A stretch of 56,265 nt of DNA, filler included, from Catajapyx aquilonaris (lineage: Eukaryota): assembly GCA_000934665.2 (NCBI GenBank). It is 2 parts of 2 records of this genome, joined end to end, with 100 filler letters (N's around TTAATTAATTAA, not from the genome) between each part and the next. Parts side by side here need not be neighbours in the genome. Positions count along the whole stretch, not along the records: positions 1 to 28,036 come from KZ539258.1; 1 more part is not named here. One strand, 5' to 3'. The notes under the pieces are model-generated. The model searched no databases. It was given only the letters and a program-made list of their open reading frames with translations, and was not told the origin of the DNA. This document shows positions 13,036 through 25,024 of this stretch, one piece after another; the stretch's first letter is position 1; each line of letters begins with the position of its first letter. The position numbers and the translations under genes are program-made.

Positions 13036-14143
13036 TTTGGTCAACTTATTGTTGCATGAAGTACGTCGTAAGGCCGACTTGTGACAAAATAGCTACATCT
13101 ACCTTAGAGATGATAGTTGCCAAGACTTAGTGATCTTCTTGAGGAGACTGAGACATGACGGACTGTTCCGCAGGTTTCCATTCCTCACAATGCACATGTG
13201 GAAGAATAATTCTGCATTTCCCACCTTCTCTGGAAGTAACGTTACGCTCCTGCGATTGCTAAACACATCCTTTGACATCACACATTTATGGGATTGTAGG
13301 TGACTCAGCCACCGTGGTTATTCCTTGAATTAATAGGTCAAGGTCCACCACCAGTACCATTTGACCTTTATATTTCATTCATGGCATCGTGGCCTATTCA
13401 AAGTGAAACACCACAAGGCATTTCTCTCAAGCATATAACAAGTAAGGACGCATGAAATTATGCTTCACAGTATTTCCACGAAGAGGGATTGATTGATTGA
13501 CATGTTTAACTGTAATTGATTTTGCCATGCAACGAGCTCTGTTTTATTACATCGACATTGTCCTTCTCATTCCCATCTTTCTTTTTGCTAGTATTTTAGT
13601 GCAGATTTATTATATGCAGGTGCATTTTCTGACTGATGCCATTATCATTCAGCACACGTGTTGAAACTCAAGAAGCAACATGGCAGTGTTAACTCGAACA
13701 ACTGGTTCAATTCTACCATTGCGCTTTGCCAAGTTGTGAAGGATTAGAAAATAAATTCGGTCTGCATGGCTTTATTTGCTCAGATTGACATAGTGAGAGA
13801 GGCCATTAAGCGCTGATTAAGTCTTTACAGCATGCCGACCCTGCGATGACACCATGAAATTTCATGACACAAAAGTATGATGTATGATAAGTGTGCGTGT
13901 GTCAAGGTGAGAAGCTCTGTTTACAAGGTTACCTGCTAGGCGTATCCGGAAAAAATGTGTAAACACTTTGCAGGGGTATGCAAATCAATAACAGGGCACA
14001 GTACAACGAATCGCTTTATTGACTTGCAAGTTACATTATGTAAAACTAGTTCTAGCCTACAAAGCAACATATTGACATTTCACTGGTCATAACATATACT
14101 GTACAAATTAGGCTTTCAAAATTGAGCATTGTCCGTGCACATA

Positions 14144-16024
14144 CTAGTGACATATACTTTCTTTTATAAAGACAATAATCGCAAGGCACAACCCAATGGA
14201 CAGGATGAGAAAATGACCCCACAGCCTTCTCAGTGAAAACACCACCCTTCCTTCCTCATCACTAAATATTTGGTCCCGTCTTCTGGCTTGAGCAGCATCC
14301 AGTAATCTTCTGTGCTCCATCAGCCTGAATTTTTTCTCTGTCAATCCAATGCTGTAGAAGATGTGTAGCCAGTAGTTCCAGTTCTCCGAATAAATGGTTC
14401 CTTTTAGAAGCATAATTGTGTCATACACCACGAGTAGGTTATCGTGGGATATAAACGCAAGGTCCTGGCCATACACATCCAAACGATTCGATGACTCCTT
14501 CAACCACCTGGTGGTTTCCATGCAGACCTTGTCTTCAGTGACTATGTTCCGGTAACACTCTTCCCAATCTGCCACTGATTCTATTCTGTCACATACAATT
14601 TTGAAAGGGTCATCCTCTTCAAATTCAATACTATTCTTTAACACCATGTATTTGGTATCTGTCATTTTTATACTGAAACTAGATTTCAGCAATTCCTCGA
14701 AGTTCTCAGGGACATCCTCCGTCGGTGGGAAAGTCAGGAGAGTGTACAGTTTGGACAGGTAGGCTGTGGTAATGACTATGGAAAAATAGATCCAGAACAT
14801 TGCAAAAACCTTGGACGCTGGACGATCAGGAAATGGGGTGGTCTCTTCTACAGCTACTTTTACCAGGTAGTGCATGTACGAATTAAAAGAAGCAAGGTAA
14901 CTGGTCTTGTCCGGAAACAAGTTCTGATGATTTATATTAGCAAGCACTACTAAAGTGAAACTTGAAATGAACAATGAAGATGCAATCAAAAACCAAGTTC
15001 CGAATGTGAAGGGCAAAACTGCAATTATTGCGATTCTTTTCTCGAGTGGAGTTCTAACCATAAATGTCACTCTCACACTCGTGTAAGGGGCTATTACATC
15101 GCCAATTCCATTTATAAACTCTATGACTGGCATCTCCGATAAGAAATTTATTCTTCCTCGTATAAAGTCGTCCACAAACTCATTGACCGCAGACATATTG
15201 TTAAACATTGAGGCAAAATCTACTTGAGAGATGTTCCAAGTGAAGTTCAATGCTGTACCTAAGAAACACATTTGAATGCTCCTGGACGTTGCATTACACT
15301 CTAAATTACTCTCGTGAAATGAGTTCACAGATTGCAAAAATTTTCCGTGAAAGTTTTTGGCCGAGTCCTTGAATATTTGTTTGTAGGAAATCTTTTCGGA
15401 CGGTAACATTGTCGACTCAACAGTTGGGCTTCCTTCGTTGCAGAAATTGCAAACGGAATGTGCCAGCAAAGAATTGTTTCGAACCGAGTTGATCATCACT
15501 TTGTACTTGATTTTAGACAGTGGCTGCTCAAGAAGAACGTCGACGTCCGGGTCATCCCTCATCCACAACACAAATCTGTCTCTAGTACGTTTCACCACCA
15601 GAATGGCCTGTTCCGCTTCCAAGATCTCCTCCACGAAATCTTCATAGTTGGACGAACATGCCACAACCAGATGCACTGCACATTTGGCCAGCTTCTCCTT
15701 TGCTTCCAATTCTAAACCGGTGTGTGAAGTTGATTCCGCAGGATCGCAGGTCCAAGTGTTGCCGACTGAGTTCGACTTAGAGACAAGCACAGGTCGTCCA
15801 AGAAGAGACACCTTTGCCAAAAGAGTCATGAGCGATCCAGGCAGTGCTCCTGCAACATCATGATGCACAACTAGAGGACACTCCACTAGTTCATCCTCCT
15901 TCAGAAGGTTCCACATGAACTGAGCCTCTTCACAAGTGTCTTTGTCCCTCGTATGAATCTGTGTACGACCTGACACCATTGCCAGTAACAAAGTGGATAC
16001 ACAGCAAGTGAAAGTGAGAGGCAT
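14144..16024 (-). CDS. Divergent ionotropic receptor, intronless, copy IR-2 (tandem paralog of IR-1)
   Basis: 626-aa ORF colinear and highly similar to IR-1, with the same M1/M3/M4 motifs. Confidence 0.88.
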   Translation of the reverse strand: MPLTFTCCVSTLLLAMVSGRTQIHTRDKDTCEEAQFMWNLLKEDELVECPLVVHHDVAGALPGSLMTLLAKVSLLGRPVLVSKSNSVGNTWTCDPAESTSHTGLELEAKEKLAKCAVHLVVACSSNYEDFVEEILEAEQAILVVKRTRDRFVLWMRDDPDVDVLLEQPLSKIKYKVMINSVRNNSLLAHSVCNFCNEGSPTVESTMLPSEKISYKQIFKDSAKNFHGKFLQSVNSFHESNLECNATSRSIQMCFLGTALNFTWNISQVDFASMFNNMSAVNEFVDDFIRGRINFLSEMPVIEFINGIGDVIAPYTSVRVTFMVRTPLEKRIAIIAVLPFTFGTWFLIASSLFISSFTLVVLANINHQNLFPDKTSYLASFNSYMHYLVKVAVEETTPFPDRPASKVFAMFWIYFSIVITTAYLSKLYTLLTFPPTEDVPENFEELLKSSFSIKMTDTKYMVLKNSIEFEEDDPFKIVCDRIESVADWEECYRNIVTEDKVCMETTRWLKESSNRLDVYGQDLAFISHDNLLVVYDTIMLLKGTIYSENWNYWLHIFYSIGLTEKKFRLMEHRRLLDAAQARRRDQIFSDEEGRVVFSLRRLWGHFLILSIGLCLAIIVFIKESICH

Positions 16025-16554
16025 TTCTATATATACTTGTAATTACTGTTGTACCAGTATGAGGTAAGAGGTCCACTTGTGACAAAATATAGCTACATAC
16101 ACTTTAGTAGAGAAAGATTGGCAATTCCTCTACTTGAGGAGCTAAGATGTGAAGGACTGCTTTACTGTGACCTCATGCCTCACATTGCGAATGTGATACA
16201 ATAATTCAGTATTTTTCACCTTCCGAAAGTAATTTTACGCTCCTGCGATCACTCAAGGTCTTTCTGTTCCCCACATCAAAGGTTATTTTGTTTTGTTTTC
16301 ATCTCATCCCATATTTATGCCACATGTAAGGTATGTACGCAGCCACCGTGGTGATTGATTGAATTCATGAGTCAAGGACGCCCACTCGCCATTTGCCCTT
16401 TACATTTTATTCATGACATAATTATTATAGTCTATGTTTTCTCAAGTGTAACAGGCTCGTAAGCGTGAAACTATGCCCCATAGCATTTCTACTAAGAGAT
16501 AGATTTTATGACTCTGGCAGGCAACGAGCTCTGTTCTATTAAAGTTATATAAAA

Positions 16555-17377
16555 TTAGAACCAAGGGGGTACTCACTTCGGTACTCCGCTGTATACCTGC
16601 AGTGGTACTCTTTGGTACTCTTCGGTACTCCTTTGGTACTCCGCTGTATACCTGCAGCGGTACTCTTTGGTACTCTTCGGTACTCCCAGCTACTGACTCC
16701 TTGGTACTCCTTGGCGCTCCCAGACAATCAACAGATATGCTCGAAACTTCAGGAGCTTTTCCCTCTCGTGTCGGGCTTCCAATCCCAAGTTTGGGATCCG
16801 AGTATGAGCTGCTGCTGGGGCGATGTCGTAGCCCCATAGCGAAATTGGGCACTTCCTGAAATGTCTACTGAAATTGGACACATGCTGTAGTGCAATCTCC
16901 CGCGAAGAATTACTACATGTGCCCTAAAATATTGGACTGTTAGCGAAGTGTCAGCAACAGGTTGGACTGATGCAACAATTCAGAATCTACGAATCTACCC
17001 AGGGTCCAACAACTGCACATGGGACAGGGCCTTTGCTGGTGGGAGTGTAATTGAGGCGCTGGAGGTGGCAGAGGGGAGAGGGCGATGTGACCCCTTGGGC
17101 CTTCAGGAGAAGGAAAGGACAGTTTCCCCGGAACCTCAACAGAGGAGTTGTTTACACCCCATTGCGCATGATTATTAGAACGTGGGCCAATGTCCCAAAG
17201 CCCTTTTCGCCCCCTGCGGCCAAAGATGACCTCGGAGGTCAACTCCAATGTGCTTATGACCTTCTCAGTTAAAAATAGACCTAATGATCACCCTGGGGCA
17301 TACGTCGAGGCCTCCCTATTGTTTTGCATTGGTATCAAGGGGACAGACATACGTTGTGAAATATGTAGCCTATTAGC
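16555..17377 (-). mobile_element. Non-autonomous Helitron-like element with internal GGTACTC minisatellite
   Basis: 17190-17377 is clearly similar to 50940-51126, the 5' end of the Helitron below. The other end on - has a short hairpin followed by CTAA|T (CTRR) at 16555. Confidence 0.62.
16568..16712. repeat. GGTACTC-core minisatellite with a ~53-bp higher-order duplication
   Basis: Repeated ggtactc units; cgctgtatacctgcag occurs twice. Confidence 0.85.
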
Positions 17378-17672
17378 TTCAATCATCGCATCGTGGCGTA
17401 TTCAAAGCGAAATACCGCAAGGTATTTTTCTCTCAAGCATAACAGGTTCGGATGCATGAAATTATGATCCACAGCATTTCCACGAAGGGTTGATTGACAT
17501 GACTGTTTACCTCCTCTAATTGATTTTGCCATGAGTACGAGCTCTGTTTTATTAAATCGACATTACATTAAATATTCCGATCATCAAGACAAATGATTTC
17601 ATCATGGACATAAACGTTACTCTGCACCAAGTGATCCACATCCGCTCTCAAGCAGTATGTGATATCCGTTGG

Positions 17673-19449
17673 TTAAGGTGGATGTTGCGTGGTTGCTTCA
17701 TTGCCCACTTCCCCTTTCTTGAATTGCGCCAGTATTATGAAATAAGTGCAGATGGTACCCAGGAGCTGCAACAGAGAGTGATAACGTCTTTAGTATAGGA
17801 ACAGGCACAAGGAATGATTAATAAGTAGCCTAACTTACCGAGGTGACCAGCCCTTGTTTGATGGAGAAGAACTGCGAGGCTGTGACTTGGATGGGAGCAA
17901 CCAACATCACCTTGAGTATTGAGTTGGCCTAAAATGAGTTGTGTATTTAGTGCATTTTAATGCATTCAAGACATATTTTCTTAGACGTATACTACCAATA
18001 TACGACATATTACGTCGGTGTATACGTATGGATTGCCAATGCCCATTAATCATTTATTAATTGTCATTACCAATACACCTACGTATTATATGGTCAAATA
18101 TAAACTAGTTCGCCTACTTGGATGATTGACTATCTGCCTTCAGACCCTTCCTGCATTTGACAGTGATCTGTAACAATTTCCAGATACCATGCACTTTCAT
18201 GACTTACCCAGGTTACTTCTTTGTGGTTTGAAGAATATGTTCGGATGCGCAGCAGATCCGTTGCACTCTTTGTAGCCTGTTTTACAAGATAATAACGTGA
18301 TTAAGAAAACAAGTTTGTCGCACGACATATATTTAAGCGGCTTGTTTTCTGCCAACTATTGCACTGGTGGCGTAAGCGATTGTGTAGGCCTGCTACACTA
18401 ATCTGCATATAAGTGTACTTACGAAAAACAATTTCACTACTTGCACAAGTTTGGAAACTTACCTCGGTCGAGATATTACCCAGAAGGAGAGTGAGTGCAA
18501 GAACAGTAGCTACATGGAACACTATGTACACAGTATTTGCCGCCATATCCCACGCGTCTAAGTTGGCTCCAGCTGAATAGACCACGTAGAACAAAATGGC
18601 GATTGTGTCCAGGAGGAACGCAGCGTACCAGGCCGTCAGGATGTGGCCGTACGCCCTCCCAAATTCATCTACGGCGTCGCACAGCTCCAGGAAATTCTTG
18701 CAGGCCAAATCCAGTCCCGCCGTGGAATCGGAACTTGGGTCTTCCTTGATCGGAGATTGTATTTGTATGTCGCTGCATACACGGTGCACAATGGCGTTGA
18801 TTCTTCTGAAGCAGTCACGGAGGGCCAGAGCGAAGAAACACAATTGGGCCATTGTCGAGGACATGACGTGTGCGCTGTGTGTTAACAAAAATACGAAAAA
18901 TACAGTAGGTAGAGAAACATGTCTTGATCCCTCAATGTCAGGTGCCACCCAGCCAAAGAGTGTCACAGTGTCGTAACACAGGCTGCCAATGACAATCATC
19001 CAGGAGTGGTTTCTTAGCCATGAGTTTGTGTCTGTTTCTACGAGCAGGCGAGCAGTAATGGTGCTGACCCTGTCCAATAAGCTGTGGATGTCTCCCGCCT
19101 TGAACTGAATTGTTATGAAGGTTGCCAGAGGAAACAAGAGCTGTGCTGCGTACATTATTGCGTCACTGCACTTTGTAGTTGTGTCTTTTTTAGTCAACCT
19201 TATCCACTCTCCAGGAGGTGACACAAAGCAATACGCATAGCAGAAGAGAAATGCGAATCCGTTGAGAAAAGCCGGCCACCTTTGCCACCAAGTCCCACGT
19301 TTTGTAGATTCACTTCTTATGAAGGAAACAGGCAGCATTCCTCCAACCACTGAGGACACTGCGATGGGCTGGAATGCCCACCTCACTGTCTTCTCTTTCG
19401 AAGGAATCCATGCCGTCCTGGGTATGTTCACTGACCCACTATCCTGCAT
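17673..19449 (-). CDS. Gustatory receptor GR-6; exons 19449-18463, 18276-18208, 17928-17839, 17765-17673 (alternative ATG at 19491)
   Basis: Paralog of GR-1/2/3. Splice sites and TYFIILAQF motif read on the minus strand; open frame. Confidence 0.92.
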
Positions 19450-20638
19450 GTTTATGCACACTCTAAGACTGCGCCAAGCAGTGTTTGTCATCAGAATGTC
19501 GACCGGTTTAAGTGGTCGATAATAACAATATTATTTATTGTCTACGCATCATTTTGATGGATTCGAGATAGCGTCAGTTAGGCGCTCAATTATGAATCCA
19601 TGGTTCAATACCTACTTACTGCAGTGCGCTCAAATGTTGTGCACACCTGATTATTACTACCAGCCTGATGCTTATCTACAACAGAAAATGACAAGACTTC
19701 TTTTTCAATACTGAATATGCCTACTACCAAGTGTGTGTGCTCCAGTAGAACCTATAGGTGTTGTCAATATTTTTCAAACATCGTTATATCATCAGTGATG
19801 TAGGCATGGTGAGGCGGGGGGCTAGCCCTATAGAGACCACAGTTCTTTGTTTATTAGAATGAATGAATGAATGTCTTTGCACATGACTAATGATTGCTAG
19901 ACACGATTTCCAACGGGGATGTTATGTAAGTTTATCATTTACCTGCGGAAATATGGTTGTAAGTTCCCGGATGATGAAGAACTAAACTGAGCACCATTTA
20001 GACTCTGCTGCATAATTTTCTGAAGTTAAAACCTGCGTGTGTTTTAATGAACGTTGTGGACTAATGAAAGTGGTATGCATTATTAATCAATCATTTCAGA
20101 CTCCTGTTTCCACGTGCTGCCAATCTACTGTATCATTTGGGATCGAACCAACATGCTTCCGGACAGACTTCTCTGCAAATGGTCCGGAATCACAATGAGT
20201 AGTGGTCTGTTATGAGTATGTGAAAAAATAATGCAGTATTTTCCGCCATTTTCTGGAAGTAACTTAGTGTAGACTTCAAAGGTTTTGTTGTTTCTATCTC
20301 ATCACATATTTATGTGACTGTAGGTCACGCAACCACAGTGATGATCGAATACGTGAAGGACCACCAGTACCATTTGACCTTTATTGTATTATTTTCATTT
20401 ATGACATCGTGGTTTATTCAAGCGTAACAGGTTCGAAAGCTTGAAATTATGCTCGACAGCATTTTACGAATGGGGATTGATTGATTGACATGTTATCTGT
20501 AACTGACTAGCTCTGTTTTATTAAATCGACATTACATTAAATATTCCGATCATCAAGACAAATTTAATCAAGGATATAAACGTTTCTCTGCACCAAGTGA
20601 TCCACATCCTCTTTCAAACAGTATGTGATATCCGTTGG

Positions 20639-22382
20639 TTAAGGTGGATGTAGCGTAGTTGCTTCATTACCTACTTCCCCTTTCTTGAATTGCGCCAGTA
20701 TTATGAAATAAGTGCAGATGGTTCCCAGGAGCTGCAACAGAGAGTGATAACGCCTTAAGTATAGGAACAGGTACATGGAATGATCAATATGTAGCCTATC
20801 TTACCGAGGTAACCAGACCTTGTTGGATGGAGAAGAAGTGCGAGGCTGTGACTTGGATAGGAGCAACCAACATCACCTTGAGTATTGAGTTGGCCTAAAA
20901 TAAGTTGTGTGTTTAGTGCATTTTAATTCATTCAATCCTGATTTTCCGAGGTATACTACCAATGCTATACTACTGTGACAGTATTATGACAGTAATTAGT
21001 AAAGAGCATTGGCAATACACCTACGCATTAGATGGCCAAATATAAACTAGTACGCCTACTTGCATGATGGACTATTCTGCCTTCAGACCCTTCCTGCATT
21101 TAACAGATACCATGCACTTTCATGACTTACCCAGGTTACGTCTTTGTGGTTTGAAGAATATGTTCGGATGCGCACCAGATTCGTTGCACTCTTTGCAGCC
21201 TGTTTAGCAAGATAATAATAACTTGATTACGAAAACCTGTTTGTCTCATGACATATTTTCTAGCTCATATATTTTAAGCTTGATTTCTGCACACTATTAC
21301 GCTGGAGCGGTAAGCTATTGTGTAGGCCTGCTACACAAATCTGCATATAGTTTATGGAAAACAATTGCACTACTTGCACAAGTTTGGAGACTTACCTCGA
21401 TGGATATATTACCCAGAAGGAGAGTGAGTGTAAGAACAGTAGCTACATTGCACACTATGTACGCAATATTTGTCGCTCTATCCAATGTGTCTAAGTTGGC
21501 CCCTGCTGAATAGACCACGTAGAACAAAATGGCGATTGTGTCCAGGAGCAACGCAGCGTACCAGACCGTCAGCATCTGGCCATACGCTCTCCCAAATTCA
21601 TCTACGGCGTCGCACAGCTCCAGAAAATTCTTGCAGGCCAAATCTAGTCCCACTGTGGATTCAGAACTTGGATCTTCCTTGACCGGAGGTTCCACTTGTA
21701 TGCCGCTGCATACACGGTGCACAATGGCGTTGGCTCTTCTGAAGCAGTTACGGAGAGCCAGAGCAAAGAAACGCAATTGGGCCATTGTCGAGGACATGAC
21801 ATGTGCACTGTGTATCAACAAAAATAGGAAAAATACATTAGGCAGAGAAACATATCTTGATCCCTGAATGTAAGGTGGAATCCAGGAAAAGAGTGTGACA
21901 GTGTCGACACACAGGCTGCCAATGACAAGCATGTAGGACTGATGTCTTAGGCTTGAGATTGTGTCTGCTTCGACAAGCAGGCGCGCAGTTATGGTGGTCA
22001 CCCTCGCCAATAAGCCTTGTATGTCTCCCGCCTTGACCTGAATTGTTATGAAGGTTGCCAGAGGAAACAAGAGCTGGGCTGCGTACATTATTACCTCACT
22101 GCACACTGTCGATGTGTCTCTTTTATCGAAACCTATCCACTCTGAAGGAGGTGACACAAAGCAGTACGCATAACAGAAGAGAAATAATATTGCGCTGAGA
22201 AAAGCAGGCCACCTCAGCCACCAAGTGTCATGTCCTCTGGATTCACTTCTTATGAAGGAAACAGGCAGCATCCCTCCAACCACTGAGGACACTGCGATGG
22301 GTTGAAATGCCCACCTCACTGTCTTCTCTCTCGAAGGAATCCATGCCGTCCTGGGTATGTTCACTGACCCACTATCCTGCAT
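20639..22382 (-). CDS. Gustatory receptor GR-7; exons 22382-21396, 21199-21131, 20894-20805, 20731-20639 (alternative ATG at 22424)
   Basis: Recent tandem duplicate of GR-6, with introns and flanks also similar; open spliced frame. Confidence 0.92.
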
Positions 22383-23000
22383 GGTTAGGCACACTCTAAG
22401 ACTGCGCCAAGCAGTGTTTGTCATCGACCTGTTTCAGTTGTAGACAATAAACATATTCTTGATTGTCTAGGGATGCATTGTGAAATGCCTATGCATCATT
22501 TTGATGAATGCGAGATAGTGTCAGTTAGGCGCTCAGTTATGCATACATGGTTCAATACCTTCTTACTGCAGTGCGCTCAAATGTTGGGCACACCTGTTTA
22601 TTACTACCAGCCTGATGCTTACCTACAACAGAAAATGACAATAGCTATATCTTTTTCAATACTGAATATGCCTACTGCCAAGTGTGTGTGCTCCAGTAGA
22701 ACCTATAGGTGTTCTCAATATTTTTCAAACATCGCTATATCATCAGTGGTATAGGCAGTGTGAGGCGGGGGGCTAGTCCTAGAGATGATAAGTTCTTTGT
22801 TTATTAGAATGAATGAATGAATGTCTTTGCACATGACTAATGATTGCTAGACACGATTTCCAACGGGGATGTTATGTAAGTTTATCATTTACTTCGGCAA
22901 TACTGTTGTAATCGAGCTATATTTTATTAAATGGACGTAAAGTAATATTCTGATCATCAAGACGATTTTCACAAACTTTCCTTCACCGTGAGTGGCCTAC

Positions 23001-23090
23001 TGAAGTGACCAGTCCTGGTGTGATGGAGAAGTAGTGGGAGGCTGTGACTTGGATGGGAGTAACAAACATCAGCTGGACGATGGAGTTGGC
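23001..23090 (-). pseudogene. Orphan GR exon 3 (relic of a tenth GR copy)
   Basis: 90-nt exon ANSIVQLMFVTPIQVTASHYFSITPGLVTS with intact ag/gt ends. Relic intron 2 lies upstream (to ~23245) and a relic GR 3' flank downstream (~22910-22965). No exon 1, 2 or 4 is associated. Confidence 0.8.
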
Positions 23091-23298
23091 CTGAAATAAG
23101 TTTAGAGTTTATTTTAATGAATTCAAGCCTTGTCCCCCTATTAGATGTCCAAATTGGATGATGGACGATCTGTATTCAGACTCATCTCTGTAACAATTTC
23201 TAATAACTTACCATAGACAATTATTATTATTTCATGACTTACCCCCTATACTGACTGCATCCAGTGTCATCAGTTGGCGCATGGATTTCATTAAATAT

Positions 23299-25024
23299 TC
23301 ATGATATCTCAGTTGTCACATTTAGTGATGGTTCAAGTGGATGTTGTGTGGTTGCTTCACTACCAACTTCAGCTCCCTTGAACTGCGCCAATATTATGAA
23401 ATACGTGCAGATGGTGCCCAGGAGCTGCAGCAGAGTGTGATTACTAATTGAGTGTAGGAATATACTCAGAGAATGCCTAAATAGTTGACTTACCGAGGTG
23501 ACCAGCCCTTGTTTGATTGAGAAGAAGTGTGAGGCTGTGACTTGAATGGGAGGACCCAACATCAGCTGGAGCATTGATTTGGCCTGAAATTTCCCCATGC
23601 AGGTTTAATATGCAGGCTGACACAACAAAGAGATGGCATAAATTCGGCTCATTTATCTGATTACCATTACCAATGGTTATTTCATTGGATCATAATTACT
23701 GTATGTTAAAAGTGCCTCAAACATCAGCTAATTCAAGGTAATTAAGGCTAGATGACCTGCACTTCAGACCCATCCTGCATATTTTTTAACAATGATCTAT
23801 AACAATAATTTCCAGGTAGGTCTCCCATGCAGAATTTTATGACTTACACATGTTATGTGGTCATTGTTGGAAGAATATGTTCGGATGCGCACCAGATCCG
23901 TTGCACTCTCTGCAGCCTGTGTCGCAAGATAATCAATGATTAATGAAACTCGTTTGTGAAGGGTATGTGTTTGTTTGCTGGTTTGTGGGTACGTTCAGCT
24001 TTGTTACACTTGTGAAAAGCGAATTAGTAGATTGGGGCCTTACCTTGACAGATATATTACCCAGAAGCATCGTGAGTAGAAGAACACTGGCGGCATTGAT
24101 CACAATGTACAGAGTATTTGTCGTGACATCTAACGCGCTTATGGTAGCTCCATATGAATAGACCACGTAGTACAGGATAGCGATGGTGTCCAGGAGAAAG
24201 GCGGAGTATCTGACAGTCAGAATGTAGCCGTACACCTTTCCAAATTCCTCTACGGCGTCGCACAGATCAACAAAATTCTTGCAGGCCAAATCGAGATCCT
24301 GCGTGGATCCAGAATTGGAGTCTTTATCGGTCGGAGTTTCTATGTCCCCACACACGCTGTGTACTGTGGTGTTGACTTTTCCGAAGCAGTTCCGGAGAGC
24401 CAGAGCAAAGACACACACTTGGGTCATCGACAAGGTGATGACGTATGAGCTTTGCGTCAGCAGAAATATTAACAACACATCAGACGAGGAAGCATCCCTT
24501 GATAACTCAATGTAAGGTGGTAACCAGGAAAGAAGCGTCACAGTGGTAACACACAGGCAGCCAATGACAAGAATGCATGATTGTTGTCTTAGCCTTGAGT
24601 TCGTGTCTGTTTCAACCAGCAGGCGAGATGTTATGGTGGTCACCTTATCCAAGAATCTCTGTATGTCTCCCGCCTTGCCCTGCATAATTATGAAGGTTGC
24701 CAAAGGAAACAAGAGTTGTGCTGCGTACATTATTGACTCACTGCACGTTGACGTGGTATCGCTTTTAATGAATGTCAGCCACGCTGAAGGAGGTGACGCA
24801 AAGCAGTACGCATAGCAGAAGAGGAATGCGAATCCGTTGAGAAAAGCAGGCCACCTTTGCCAGCACATCCCACGTGTTTTGTATTCAGGTCTTATGAGGG
24901 AAACAGGCAGCATTCCTCCAACCACTGAGGACACTGCGATGGGCTGGAATGCCCACTTCAATGACTTCTTTTTTGGACAATTCCACGCCTTCCTGGGTAT
25001 GTCCACAGACACTTGATCCTGCAT
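23299..25024 (-). CDS. Gustatory receptor GR-8; exons 25024-24044, 23916-23848, 23583-23494, 23424-23299
   Basis: MQDQVSV start like GR-3, same exon structure and TM7 motif. Confidence 0.92.

Noticed and set aside
16568..16712. Repeat-spacer-like look of the GGTACTC array and overlapping ORFs
   Set aside because: Short degenerate units, no unique spacers, no cas genes and a eukaryotic context. It is a TE-internal minisatellite.
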